From Podarcis vaucheri (taxonomy: Eukaryota), in assembly GCA_965113315.1 (NCBI GenBank), contig OZ220365.1: a DNA stretch of 64,000 nt. One strand, given 5' to 3'. Below are positions 25,354 to 37,413 of the stretch, in pieces. Positions within the stretch are counted from its first letter, which is position 1; every line of letters begins with the position of its first letter. The translations under genes and the position numbers were made by a program. Below the pieces are notes generated by a model. That model saw nothing but the letters and a program-made list of their open reading frames with translations, was not told the DNA's origin and searched no databases.

Positions 25354-25681
25354 CAGTGGTGCCCTGCAAGACGAATGCCTCGCAAGACGGAAAACTCGCT
25401 AGACGAAAGAGTTTTCCATTTTGGAGGTGCTTCGCAAAACGAATTTCCTATGGGCTTGCTTCGCAAGACAACAGTGTCTTGCGAGTTCCTGCTGGTTTTT
25501 CCCCCCTTCCCCCCCTTTTTCTAAGCCGCTTATCAGCTGATCCGATCAGCAGGTAAGCCGCTAAAAGCCGCTAATAGCGCTAATCCTCTAATCCGTCAAT
25601 GGGCTTGCTTTGCAAGACGAAAAAACCGCTAGAGGAAGAGAATCACAGAACGGATTCTTTACGTCTTGCGAGGCACCACTG
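25354..25681. mobile_element. Tigger-derived MITE
   Basis: TIRs and subterminal GCAAGACG repeats match the Tigger at 7141-9717; TA TSD. Confidence 0.85.
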
Positions 25682-25726
25682 TATCTGAAATGAGACGGGG
25701 GAAATGTAAATTTTCTCTTCCTGCAG

Positions 25727-26121
25727 TTCCAGGTCCTTCTGCAGCCTTAACGACAATGCAACTCTTCTCCAAACAAAACCCCTCGAGGCAGGAGGTCACC
25801 AAACTCCAGCAGCAAGTGAAAACCAACGGTGCAGCTGTGACTGTGCTCAGGCGCGAAATATCGGAGCTTCGCACCAAAGTGCAAGAGCAACAGAAGCAGC
25901 TGCAAGATCAAGATCAGAAACTGCTTGAGCAAACCCAGATCATAGGTGAGCAGAATGCCCGATTGGCTGAGCTCGAACGTAAACTGCGAGAGGTTATGGA
26001 AAGCGCAGTGGGCAATTCCTCAGGGTCAGCACCAAGCGAGGAGACTCCTAGGAAAAGGAAGAAGGCTGTCGAATCAATAGGTGCGCTTAGGAAGTCTAAA
26101 CGCCTTCGAAATAATAAATAA
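25727..26121 (+). CDS. FBXO28: FBXO28 coding exon 5 (coiled coil, CDK site, basic NLS-like tail, stop)
   Basis: TTTTCTCTTCCTGCAG acceptor; (V)PGPSAALTTMQLFSKQNPSRQEVTKLQQQVK...ETPRKRKK...KSKRLRNNK*; the five exons total 1068 nt = 355 aa + stop. Confidence 0.96.
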
Positions 26122-28917
26122 CTTTGGAATAAATGACACCTCCAGGAGGATGTACTGCTTTATAGTAGCCCAAGCAGGTTGTCTGGTCTGGATACCGCTA
26201 TTCAGAGCATGGTGTCATTTAGGCTGCTGGTTCTTCAGAACACCATAGACTTGAACAACTTTCTCTCATTGCTGAGATGTTTCTTCCTAAACCTGCCCTG
26301 CTTCTGTTTGAGTGGGCCTACGGCACAGAATCATTATAACTTGCCATTGATTTGTACTAACCAGACCTGCTCTATCACGTTCTGAAAAGTTAATTTTCCT
26401 TTTCTGTGCAGATGACTATTAAAGTGAAACTTATATTTATGCATCTGTCCCTGTAAATGAGTATACCAGATAAACCCAGGCTTAATTGGCTAGAAGATTA
26501 AAAGGGGATAAACAGCAGATGTTCTCTTCACTTGAAAGAACCACTTTTTGAAAATCTCGTGGGGTTGGGGTTTTTTTTTGGCGGGGGGAGGCTGACTTTT
26601 TTGTTGCAAGTGACCAGGTTTAGAATGTCTGAAAAGTAGCTTATAAATGTGGGAGTCAACATAACAAGTAAATATGACTTCTGAAGCTTACAGTATTGGC
26701 TATATATATTTTTGTAAAACTTAACAGGCAAGGGACTTCAGTTTAGATTTCACAAATGCATACCCTCCTCCTAAGCATTTGGAGCCATATTTTTATCTTT
26801 GCATGGAGAGACGCATGCATTGCTTAGTCAGCTTGGTAAAGCATTTGCCTGGAGTTGCAATTAAATCGTTGGCCTCTGTCACCTTTTGTACCGCAATTTC
26901 TTGGTTCCTTAGCCATGACTTTGCATTTGCTTTCAGCACAGCTGTTTCTTTTCTTGCGAGGTCATTTTATCTTACTTTTGTCAAGAGTATATAAGCCAGG
27001 CTATTTTGCTGCTTCTGCTTGCCTATAGATAGCAGGTACTCTTTTATCTAAAGGTTGATTCCTTTAGCCTGTGAGTTTCTGATTATACACTACTGATGCT
27101 GATTCAGCGGTTCAAAGACTATTAAACATTGGATAAAAACGATTTGTTCTTTGTATTACACAGGCTTCCTAAGGCATGGTTCAAATTCTAAAAAGTTTAT
27201 GTTGAGAGAAAGACCTTACTGTTACATTGAAATAACTGTCTAATACTGTGTTCCTTATCATAAAAAGTAAATTGATTTCAGACAAAAAAAGCTTTAATTT
27301 CTTTTGCACTCCTTCCATTTTGAATTTTTAACTGGAAACACATGTCTTGCACTGTACAGTCTGGATTTGTCACTTTAACAGCCTCAAAGTTGTAATGTAC
27401 AGTGAATTTCTCCCCGGTTATGTTTTTTTTTTTAAGCATCCAACAAGTATTGCTGTTCATGGTTTTTAATTTGCTGTTACCAAACGATGTCACTGTTGCT
27501 CGACTGTTACATTTTTCTCTTAATCTGCTGTTGCCGAATGGACATATTTTCACAAGAATGAATTTGAAACGAGAATAGAAAATTGAATTTGAGTGGTCGT
27601 TCAAAAGGCCACTCATAACTTAGACATTTCACTGAAGTACCTTGGTTTAAAATGGAAGCTGCTTATTCATTTTCATTTGTCAAGTTAAAGATAAAACACA
27701 AAGCTTTCCTAAAGACTGTTCTGGGCTTTTTCTTAAATGTTAATCAAAGTCCATTAATTCATAATTTGGAGTAGATTCCCCCCCCCCCCATAAAACAATA
27801 TATTACAATTTGATGTCAAGAGTTTGGAGTTTTGATTTTTTAATTATATTGTTTTTGCTATCTTAAGGCCTTTTTACTGTTTGTGTCCCCGTCCCCCCTT
27901 TTAAATGGGAGCAGACTCTTGTGTCTTAGCAGTGGGCATATATTCAACTGTCTCAAGGATAATATATGAATTTTAAAACATTCACTTGAAAGTTTCTTAT
28001 TTTTGAGGAGCTCTGTTGTACAACATCAGCATGATTGATCATTAGAAATAACTACTGCGGATGCATTCCAGAGTGGGAACACAAATGGTAGTCTTCTCAG
28101 CAATTACTGTGCGGTGCATTTAATTTCTTTCAGTATTGAATCCAGTATCCTTGGTTTGCAATGCCTGAGAAGCAGGATAAATAGGATTCTCTGCATCTGT
28201 CTGTGTAGAACCACATATAGCACAGTATACTGACATTATAGCATAAACATTGCAGTCTGCCTATCTACATGCTAGGCCCTCAACCAGGTATTTTCAGAGT
28301 AACACCCTATTCATAAGCTACCACTTTCTTGTGGCTGAATCCTACACAAACATCTTCAAGAAAGAATCACAATTGTGAAAGTGGTTCATTCCCATGATTA
28401 TGGCATGGGAAGGAACTTCTGTCATTTGCTTGACCCACATTGGTCGTCTTTACAGATACTACTGAAAGACCATCATGTCAGAAACGTCCCATTTCCTCCA
28501 GAAACATATTACTCTTGGGTAACCATAGAAGTATTCTGCAGAGCAACTGTATTTCCTGGTCAGGTTTGTTTATACAGGCGTAGAAAAGCAAAAGCTGCTC
28601 TGTTAAATTCTGCTGTCCTCAATAGTTTGGAAAACTGTTTTGCTAACTGAAGTTAATACCTGCCCCAGGTTTAGAAAGCATCTGTACAATCTCTACTCAC
28701 AAATTTTACAGCTGTTTTGCAATAACGCCTATCTCTTCAGGGAATGATTGAAAGTATTCAGGAAATGGAAGCTGGAAAAAGCATTCAAATTTCTAGAGTA
28801 CAATTCTCTCTGCATAAATTGAGGAGTCATGTAGGTAGTGTAATTTTCCACGTATAAGACTGTTTATTGCTATATATTTTTTAGTAAAAAATTTGGGGTC
28901 ATCTTATACATGGATAA

Positions 28918-29280
28918 GGGACGCGGGTGGCGCTGTGGGCTAAAGCCTCAGCGCCTAGGGCTTGCCGATCGAAAGGTCGGCGGTTCGAATCCCCGCGGCG
29001 GGGTGCGCTCCCGCTGCTCGGTCCCAGCGCCTGCCAACCTAGCAGTTCGAAAGCACCCCCGGGTGCAAGTAGATAAATAGGTACCGCTTACCAGCGGGAA
29101 GGTAAACGGCATTCCGTGTGCGGCTCTGGCTCGCCAGAGCAGCGTTGTCACGCTGGCCACGTGACCCGGAAGTGTCTCCGGACAGCGCTGGCCCCCGGCC
29201 AATAGATGTGAGATGGGCGCACAAACCCCAGAGTCTGGCAAGACTGGCCCGTTCGGGCAGGGGTACCTTTACCTTTACCT
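28918..29280 (+). mobile_element. Full-length Sauria (Squam1) SINE
   Basis: GGGACGCGGGTGGCGCTGTGG head, B-box GGTTCGAATCC, (ACCTTT)n tail, 13-bp TSD TTATACATGGATA at 28904-28916 and 29281-29293; CpGs largely intact, so young. Confidence 0.92.
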
Positions 29281-29387
29281 TTATACATGGATAGTGAATG
29301 CACAGGGGCTTGGGCTTGGGTTTGGGCTCTAGCGCGGGTGGTGTGGGCTCAGGTTTGGACTCAGTCTCTGGCCCCCTTTCTTAATTA

Positions 29388-29893
29388 GATAAACTTTATT
29401 TGCATTAGCCAACGGCCATAGCAACATAAAACAAGCAATATATACAATTAAAAAGACAACAATGGGTAAAAAGGACAATCAGATGACCAAGATTATCGTT
29501 TAGATACCGGCCACTAATCTCATTGCACCCTTGATAAACCTAGCAACCTTTGCTGTTGTCTGATCATTTTGATCTGATAAAAGAAAGAACAATGTGGCTG
29601 CAGATGGTGGGCGGCCAGGGATGGTAAGTAAGAGTGGGGTGATGATCTCATTCCTCAGATCTTTATAAAGGGGACAGGACAGGAGAACATGAGCCACTGT
29701 TTCCAGATTGCCATCTCCACATGGGCAGAGTCGTTTCTCAGTTGGAATCTTTTGGTATCTGCCCTCCAGTATGGCAGAGGGCATCACATGTAATCTGGCC
29801 AGTGTGAAGGCACGTCTGTATTTTGGGATAGTTAATCTATACAAATATGGTGCCAGGGAATCAAACTGGGGGGGGCGGGAGGCATACCAAGGA
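29388..29893 (-). mobile_element. 5'-truncated non-LTR retrotransposon with C-terminal CCHC zinc knuckle (RTE-X-like)
   Basis: ORF 29500-29844 GRYQKIPTEKRLCPCG...ETVAHVLLSCPLY; 12-bp TSD CTTTCTTAATTA at 29376-29387 and 29894-29905; clade assignment is from recall. Confidence 0.8.
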
Positions 29894-29969
29894 CTTTCTT
29901 AATTAAGGGTTCAAAAAAATAGGGGTCATCTTATACATGTGGCCGCCTTATAGGCAGAAAAATACAGTA

Positions 29970-30213
29970 CTGTCGTATCTTGGAAGCTGAACGTTCCAGA
30001 GGTCTGTTTGACTTCCATAGCATTTTACTTCAAATATGCTGCTTCCAATTGGCTGCAGGAGCTTCCTGCAGCCAATCGGAAGCTGCGGAAGCCCTGCCAG
30101 ACGGTCAGCTTCCAAAATAACATTCGCAAACCGGAACACTCACTTCTGGATTTGCGGCGTTCGGGAGCCAGAACTTTTGACTGCTAAGGCGTTCGTCAGC
30201 CAAGGTACAACTA
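29970..30213. mobile_element. Tc1/mariner/pogo MITE (family of 6595-6829)
   Basis: Shared internal palindrome GCTTCCAATTGGCTGCAGGAGCTTCCTGCAGCCAATCGGAAGC; degenerate TIRs. Confidence 0.65.
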
Positions 30214-31237
30214 CTTGTTTGCATTTGCATTTTAATTCATTAGTGCAAAGATTTCTGCTTGTGCAACAGAATTCCCCACTTGCACCATGCACCCTCCCCA
30301 AATCTGCTCTAGAGGGTTGAGGGAACACCCTAGAAAGTGTAGGGGGCACGTGGGTGGGGGAGACCATTCCAATGTGAAAGCAGAAATCCTTGCACTAGCA
30401 GATTATTCCCTTACTGCTACTTTGAATGTAACCATTGCTGCTAGCTTTTTCAGGAAGCTTACTATCTTGTGTTTTAGCCTGGTGGCAAAAGACACACAGC
30501 AGTGAGACCAGATAGACTTTCCTGGAATTAATATGCCAGAGGTCTAGTGCTATGATGGAGGAGGCTGTGTCCCTCATGGCTCCCTGCTAGGTTTGTCATT
30601 TGAAGCAGTGATGCGCACAGCTGGACCTGATGTTCACAGGGAGGAGGAAAATACGGGAGAACCTGATTCTTGATAATACCTTTCAAAGCCCATAACAGTT
30701 TAGAATCTAGGTAAGAATCGGAGCCTTTCAATGAGATTGCAACTAGACGAGGTAATGAAAATTAGACCACAAGAATTATATACTTTGTTCAGCAAAGCCT
30801 GCTGCAATAGCCTGAGGGGGGTGTTTGAAACTGACCACCATTTCTTGACATACTTCTATGGCAAATGCTGACAACACGAGAGAGCAGTACAGTTCAGTGC
30901 ATATGCAGTGGGCTTTTTAGCATCATAAATATATGGATAAAAAGATTTTCTACCAAGGTCCTTAGTAATGCTAAAGTAGATGTGGACAACCTTTGGTCAC
31001 ATTTCATGTAGGTGTTGGGAGCCCAAAAGAAGAGGAGGGCAGGAGGGGGGAGGAAACCTGACAATGGAAGGAGATGGAAGAAAAGGACTAGGTTCAGAGT
31101 GGCCTGTCCCTCCCCTGGCAATCTGAAGAACAGGGAGGAAGAGGTAAGTGTGTGTGCGTGCGTGCAGAGAGAAAGAGATGTCCTGACCACTGCTGGTAGT
31201 CAGCCCCTTGCACATTACAGAAAAAGTGTACCCCACC

Positions 31238-31481
31238 CCAGCCAGTGTGGTGGTGTGGGTAAGAGCGGTAGTCTCCTAATCTGGTGAACCGGGTTCGCTT
31301 CCCCACTTCTCCACATGCAGCTGCTGGGTGACATTGGGCCAGTCACACTTCTGTGAAGTCTCTCAGCCTCACTCACCTCACAGAGTGTTTGTTGTGGGGG
31401 AGGAAGGGAAAGGAGAATGTTAGCCGCTTTGAGACTCCTTCAGGTAGTGATAAAGTGGGATATCAAATCCAAACTCTTCTT
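31238..31481 (+). mobile_element. Squam3-type tRNA-derived SINE
   Basis: GCCAGTGTGG...GGTAAGAGCGGTAG...GGGTTCG head; ends GATATCAAATCCAAACTCTTCTT; close match to the minus-strand copy at 54982-55254. Confidence 0.8.
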
Positions 31482-33027
31482 ATGCTAGAGATCAAGAGTG
31501 AATATGCAATGCATATGTTCAGTATGGATGGCTATTCAGAAACGTGTCATAAGTTACAGCCAGAGGCCATCAAAGTGGTATACAAGATAAAAACAGGAGA
31601 AAATACTAAACCCAATTTCTAAAAGTAATAACATAATTTCTTGAAAGCAATAAAACCTATAGGTACATGGTATTACATGTGCATGTGAAGTTCACATTTT
31701 GCATATTTTCATGAAACTGATGGATGCCAAAAATATTCATAAAGTTAAAACCTAAAATTAGCTATCTGTTATCTGCTTGTAGTAATTCTGTATGATGCTC
31801 CTTGTGCGTGTTCTTGTTTGCAGGAAATGCAGCATTGGAAAGATAGGTTGCTTGTAAAAGACAACATCAGTCTGGCTGAGAGAGACTGCATACAAACCAT
31901 ATATTTAAAAAATATTTCCCCACCCCACCCCAAGAATTCTGGGAGCTGTAGTTTGTTAATTGTGCTGGGAATTATAGCTTTGTGAATTCCCAGGATTCTT
32001 GGAATTTTAAATGTAATTTTAAATACACAGCCTGAAGAAAACAAACACGTTCATATGAAAAACCAATAGAAAGAGAAGGGAGGCAGAAAAAATTATAACA
32101 TGGCATAAAACAAACCATTGGCCTGTGAACAAAGCCGAAGGGATGTGTTTTATACATTTTTGTGCTTTTTAAATACACCCCCCCACAATTTACATCATAG
32201 ATATACATAATCTTGTAAACTAGATGCCAAGGGGGAAAAACAAATTTATTTCAACTTTGTACTGTCTGTTGTGGTCATACTGCCAAATCCAATTCCAAAC
32301 ATCTGTTTGAATTTGACAACCCAGCTCTCTCTTCCCAAATATTTTGATAGGTGTAGACCAGTATATGAGCTTCCTCAATAAACTCTTCTGATTTTCAGTA
32401 ATTTCAGTAAAAAAAAGATACTGTAAACTTATTTTTAGCTTTCATATGGTAGGCAGGCATCGTCTATGGATAAATATTTCTGCTTCTCTTTCATACAGTG
32501 GGAATGCTTCTGCTAAGGTTGTATCTGCTGTGACAGATGCACGAATAATGGAAAAACAAAGCATGCTTTCATCTTGAGAACTATTGTTCTTACTTGCATT
32601 GAAATGTGTGCAGATTTAAGTGATGAAGGCTGGAATGTTAAACATGTTTCATAGAGAGTAAGCCCCACTAAACTTTGAGAGCTTGATCTCTGAGTAAACA
32701 TGCTTAAGATTGCTTTGGAAAAAGTTCCAGTTAATTGACTAAGATGTTTCGAGTCAGGTGACACATTATTCTCGAGAGGCTGTGGCAGTGTATTTAGAGC
32801 ACTCTGGCCTGGATCAAAAACCAATGAAAGTTATTCCAGTCTGGTGTATTTTAGGTTCTCCCCCGCCAATAGCGTTCCCCCATTCACCAAAGACACTGGT
32901 TTTAAACATACATGGAAAAGGTAGGGAATTTCTACTTTTCTACCACTCTTTAAACATCCTGTTCATAAATGCAACAGGACAGGATAAATAAGACATTTTA
33001 GTAGATAAAGACGGCAATACTGTAATG

Positions 33028-33278
33028 CAGGGGTCAGCAAACTTTTTCAGCAGGGGGCCGGTCCACTGTCCCTCAGACCTTGTGGGGGGCCAGACTATAC
33101 TTTGAAAAAAATATATGAACGAATTCCTATGCCCCACAAATAACCCAGAGATGCATTTTAAATAAAAGGGCACATTCTACTCATGTAAAAACACGCTGAT
33201 TCCCGGACCATCCACGGGCCAGATTTAGAAGGCGATTGCGCTGGATCTGGCCCCTGGGCCTTAGTTTGCCTACCCATG
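33028..33278. mobile_element. hAT MITE
   Basis: CAGGGGTCAGCAAACT...AGTTTGCCTACCCATG; perfect 8-bp TSD CTGTAATG. Confidence 0.88.
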
Positions 33279-34309
33279 CTGTAATGTTTCATGTGAAAAA
33301 GAATACAGTTCTTCCTTTGTTATGATACCCAGAAAAGATGCTTCCACTTTGTAACAGTAGACTGTCTTCTTGAGAATTTAAGGATCATGGAAAATAAACC
33401 CTTAAACTTAATATCATTATGTCCTCAGTCACACCACATTCATCTCTTTCTGCTATAATCGGTAATTTCTCTGTCACGACAAATCTGGTATGACACATGC
33501 AAATTTACTCAGAAGCAAGTACCACTGAGCTCAATGGGAGCTTCTCACTAGTTAGCGTGCATAGAATTGCAGCCTTAGCCTTCAAGGTGCTACAAGACTG
33601 TTTGTTCTTTTTATCTGTCTGTAGCCTCTGGAATTTTTAGATAAAGGAATTTTCATCTACTCAACTCTGGTGAAAGATGGAATATTGCCCATCTACTTAG
33701 TGTAAACATTCAGGCCTCTTTAGGCAAGTTTGCTTTTCCTATAATTTAGGACATGTAGAAACCTCTTGAGATCAGCAGTGTTGGTTTCCCCTGACAAGGT
33801 GGTAACTCCTAAAAATGCAGAGTTTAACTCAACAAATAGGCTTTAAAGCTTTTGTGGACTAGAGCTCACTACATCAGATGCTCTTTCATGGCATATGCCA
33901 CAAGATAATGATGCTTTTGCTGCAACTGACAGACATGTCTATTCCATTGGAAGTCGTCATTTAACTAGCACAGATAAGTGCTTTTTGAATTGGCTGTGAA
34001 TAGGAAGGGATACTAATCAATATGCTAACTATTTTGCTTTAATTTCGTGTGTTAATAGGAACAGATATACTTGGGGCAAATACAAGGAGATAGGTTTTAA
34101 GTTACAGTCAGGTTTGATTTTGGGCAGAATTTTCACCTAGCTCATTTTTTTTACCCAATAGATGTTGTTCCATAGGTTGCCTCACTTCCTTGTGTGGCAA
34201 GTTATTGTTTGCCAGCAAGTCAGTACATTTCCTTTAGCCATTCCTAGATGATTAAATCTCATTTCTATTATAATGGAGTGTATGGTGTGTTAGGGGAGGG
34301 GTAGTATCT

Positions 34310-34912
34310 CTGGTGGGGGACATGTCATGCTCCTTCTGGGGTTGTTTGTCCACCTTTGGTCCCCACCCTGCACTCAGCTCTCACCTGGGTTAGGTGAGTT
34401 AGGGACTTTCCCTGCATGCGAAGACAAGCTCCAGAGCAGACAAGACCAATAGCGGGTCCAACTGTCAGGAAAGCGGTTTCTGCACCTGTTGTAGAGGGCA
34501 GGAGTGAAGGGCAGATGGGCTTCGTCAACCTGGGAAGGTAGCCCATCTAGGAGAAGCAAAACTGCTAAAGCTTCGCTGCCTTGCGGGATATCTTAGGAAG
34601 AAGAAAAGGTTAAGGAGTAAATGCTTCACAGATCCAGAATGGAGTCCCTAAAATGGTTTGAGTGGCACCTTGTACACCTTCTTCTGGCAACTCCTGCAGC
34701 CAAACTGGTGCCAAATGTATTGCTCTGCTTTCCTTTGGCCCACATTAGTGAGGCTGAGAGGGTGGTTTTGTCGTCTGGGCAGCCCACGACCTTCATACAC
34801 ACTTCCTAGGCTTGTGCCCCTGGGAGGTCACTTTGGTGCTGCTAATACAGTGGTTTGACTTCACCCCTGGAGGCACACTCCATTGTCCCCTGAGACAGAC
34901 GGATGCCAACAA
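34310..34912 (+). mobile_element. Probable non-autonomous RTE-like retroelement
   Basis: Ends CCATTGTCCCCTGAGACAGACGGATGCCAAC followed by an A-run; family recognised from recall only. Confidence 0.35.
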
Positions 34913-36277
34913 AAAATAATTATAATGATCTAACATGTATGCCAGCAACATAATTCCACAGTATGTATTATTTCTCATTTCCTACCTGTGCTTATAAAGA
35001 AAGCAGTAAAGAAAGTGATTGTTCCTATTTGACCATTAAGTCTTTCCCAGGTTACCATTTCTGGTGCAAGAAATGTCTAGCGAGTACTGTTTTGTGTTTT
35101 TCTGTTTCCTCACATCCCCTTCAGGGGATAGAAAGGTTCAGCCTTACTCATGAGGCAACTCTTGAAGGGATGGAACCAAAGCTCTCTCCCACCCCCCACC
35201 ACCATGTGATGTGTTTGGAACAAGATAATCCAATGATATAATCAGACTTCTTCCAACTATTTGAATAGTAGTTAAAAATTAGCAGCAGACAATAAACGCT
35301 GCAAAGTTAAGAGATTTAAGTTTAGACCTGATCTGTTTTATTTAGAACACATACCATTCTCAAGCATGGTTGGCCCTTTTATAGGAAAGTCTGAGACCAT
35401 TGTTTCTCCATACATTTTTTTTTTTTGTTGTTGTTGTTGTTGTTGTTAATGTTCCGCTTTTTCCCCTGACAGGCAGATTACAGATAAAAATAAGAACAGC
35501 TAAAAACATAGAACACAGTAGGGGAGGGTGGAGTAAGCAGGTGCCAGAAAGAATGGAAATATTGGAGTGGGGTGGTGGAAACTCCAAAAATTTGAGATTG
35601 CAGAATGTGCAAAAAAGTATGCATTTCCTACAAAAGTGACACAAAACACTCGATTCCTGAGTATGCTAAAGCTATCCAATGAAGCCGGCACAATATTTTG
35701 CACCACTCCTGTTCCCAGGAACATTGTGAAGGAGTGGTACATGTGGCTGAGCCCTGGGCTTTCTACTCCCTCTGCCCCTTTGAAAACGAATGGAAAAAAA
35801 ATCTTAATTTGTTCATAAGCCACTATATTAGTTTCCCAGAGGCATCTAAATTAGAACATCCAAACTTCAAGCAAATATGTGCTTGAGTATTTTTAAGTAC
35901 CTAGGCATGCTCCGGCCTCTTCCATAGAATTGATTCCAGGGCAGTTTATAAGGTTGTTTTTTTAAAAAAATATTGTGTGACAGTAAGGAAAAGACAAGAT
36001 TTAGGAACAGATCTTAGCAAAATCTTAGCGCCTCATTGCAACAGAAGAGTGAATGGAATAGAGATGTACAGCAGGGAAGTGGGATGGAATGTTGGGTGGA
36101 GTTAAAATGAGATACAGGCAGAGAAATTAGAAACTTGAATGGAGGGTTGATGTGGGAACCAGAGAAAGGCTGAAGGGAAAAACAACAAGTGTGACACATA
36201 GTTAAAGTCCATTAAGAAGGATTGAGATAATCAGTCTGGTTAGGGCAGGAAGCTAAGAACCCTGTAGGGAAGGAGTT

Positions 36278-36620
36278 TGTGGGTGGCACTCTGGTCTAAA
36301 CCACTGAGCCTCTTGGGCTTGCCGATCAGAAGGTCGGTAGTTTGAATCCCCGTGGCGGGGTGAGCTCCCATTGCTCTGTCCCAGCTCCTGCCAACCTAGC
36401 AGTTTGAAAGCACGCCAGTGCAAGTAGATAAACAGGTACCACTGCGGCAGGAAGGTAAATGGCCTTTCTGTGTGTTCTGGTTTCCGTCATGGTGTTCCAT
36501 TGCACCAGAAGTGGTTTAGTCATGCTGGCCACAGCACCCGAAAAGCTGTCTGTGGACAAACACCGACTCCTTCGGCCTGAAAGTGAGATGAGCACTGCAA
36601 CCCCATAGTGGCCTTTCTAT
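36278..36620 (+). mobile_element. Sauria SINE, near full length
   Basis: Colinear with 28918-29280. Confidence 0.85.
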
Positions 36621-36646
36621 ATGTCAATAGGTGGCAGCAGCAAGTA

Positions 36647-37094
36647 CCGTATTTTTCAGCCCATAGGGCGCACCTAGTTTTTTCTTGGGGGGGGGGAAAT
36701 AAAGGGAAAAAAATATTTCCCCCCCCCCAGCCCGAGCTTCCCCTGACCCCAGCCCCCAGAACAGGCAGCTCTCCACAAGCCGTGGGAGAGCTGTGTGGCT
36801 TGCAGAGAGCTGTGCGAAGCCCGAAGCCTGGGGGGCGCTGAGCTCAGCGCCCCCCAGGCTTCTGGGTGCAGGCAGCTCTCCGCAAGCCGTGGGAGGGCTG
36901 CGCGAAGTCGCGCAGCTCTCCCACGGCTTGCGGAGAGCTTCCTGAAGCCTGGAGAGTGAGAGGGGTCGGTGCACACCGACCCCTCTCGCTCTCCAGGCTT
37001 CAGCGAAAGCCTGCATTCGCCCCATAGGACGCACACACATTTCCCCTTCATTTTTGGAGGGGGAAAAGTGCATCCTATAGGGCGAAAAATACGG
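36647..37094. mobile_element. TA-flanked MITE with CCGTATTTTTC TIRs and GC-rich internal hairpins
   Basis: CCGTATTTTTCAGCCCATAGG / CCTATAGGGCGAAAAATACGG; TA on both sides. Confidence 0.85.
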
Positions 37095-37237
37095 TATGTT
37101 GAGGGAAGTTTGGGCTCAGTTGAGTAGCTGAGGGCCTTACAGATGAGTATCCAGGGTCAGCCTCTAGCAGAAAACCCACTGAACCTCATATTGATCCTAA
37201 ACATCACTGGGCTTTTAAACTTAAAAAAAAAAAATAT

Positions 37238-37413
37238 GGGAAGGTTCTCAACTCAGTGGTAGAGCACATGCTCTGTATGCAGCAGCCCTCAAGTTCAATT
37301 CACACCATCTCTAGGTAGAGCTGAGAGAAACTCATGTCTGAAAGGCTGAAGACAATACTGAGTTAGGTGGGTGAGTAGTCTGACTCTGTATAAGGCACCT
37401 TCCTATGTTCCTA
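37238..37413 (+). mobile_element. Old tRNA-headed SINE with CR1-like tail
   Basis: CTCAGTGGTAGAGCA...AAGTTCAATTC A/B-box remnants; ends GTCTGACTCTGTATAAGGCACCTTCCTATGTTCCT. Confidence 0.55.

Larger units (their letters stand above)
28838..29967. mobile_element. TA-flanked MITE hosting two nested retroelement insertions
   Basis: Degenerate TIRs GTGTAATTTTCCACGTATAAG / CTTATAGGCAGAAAAATACAG; internal GGGGTCATCTTATACATG occurs twice. Confidence 0.6.
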
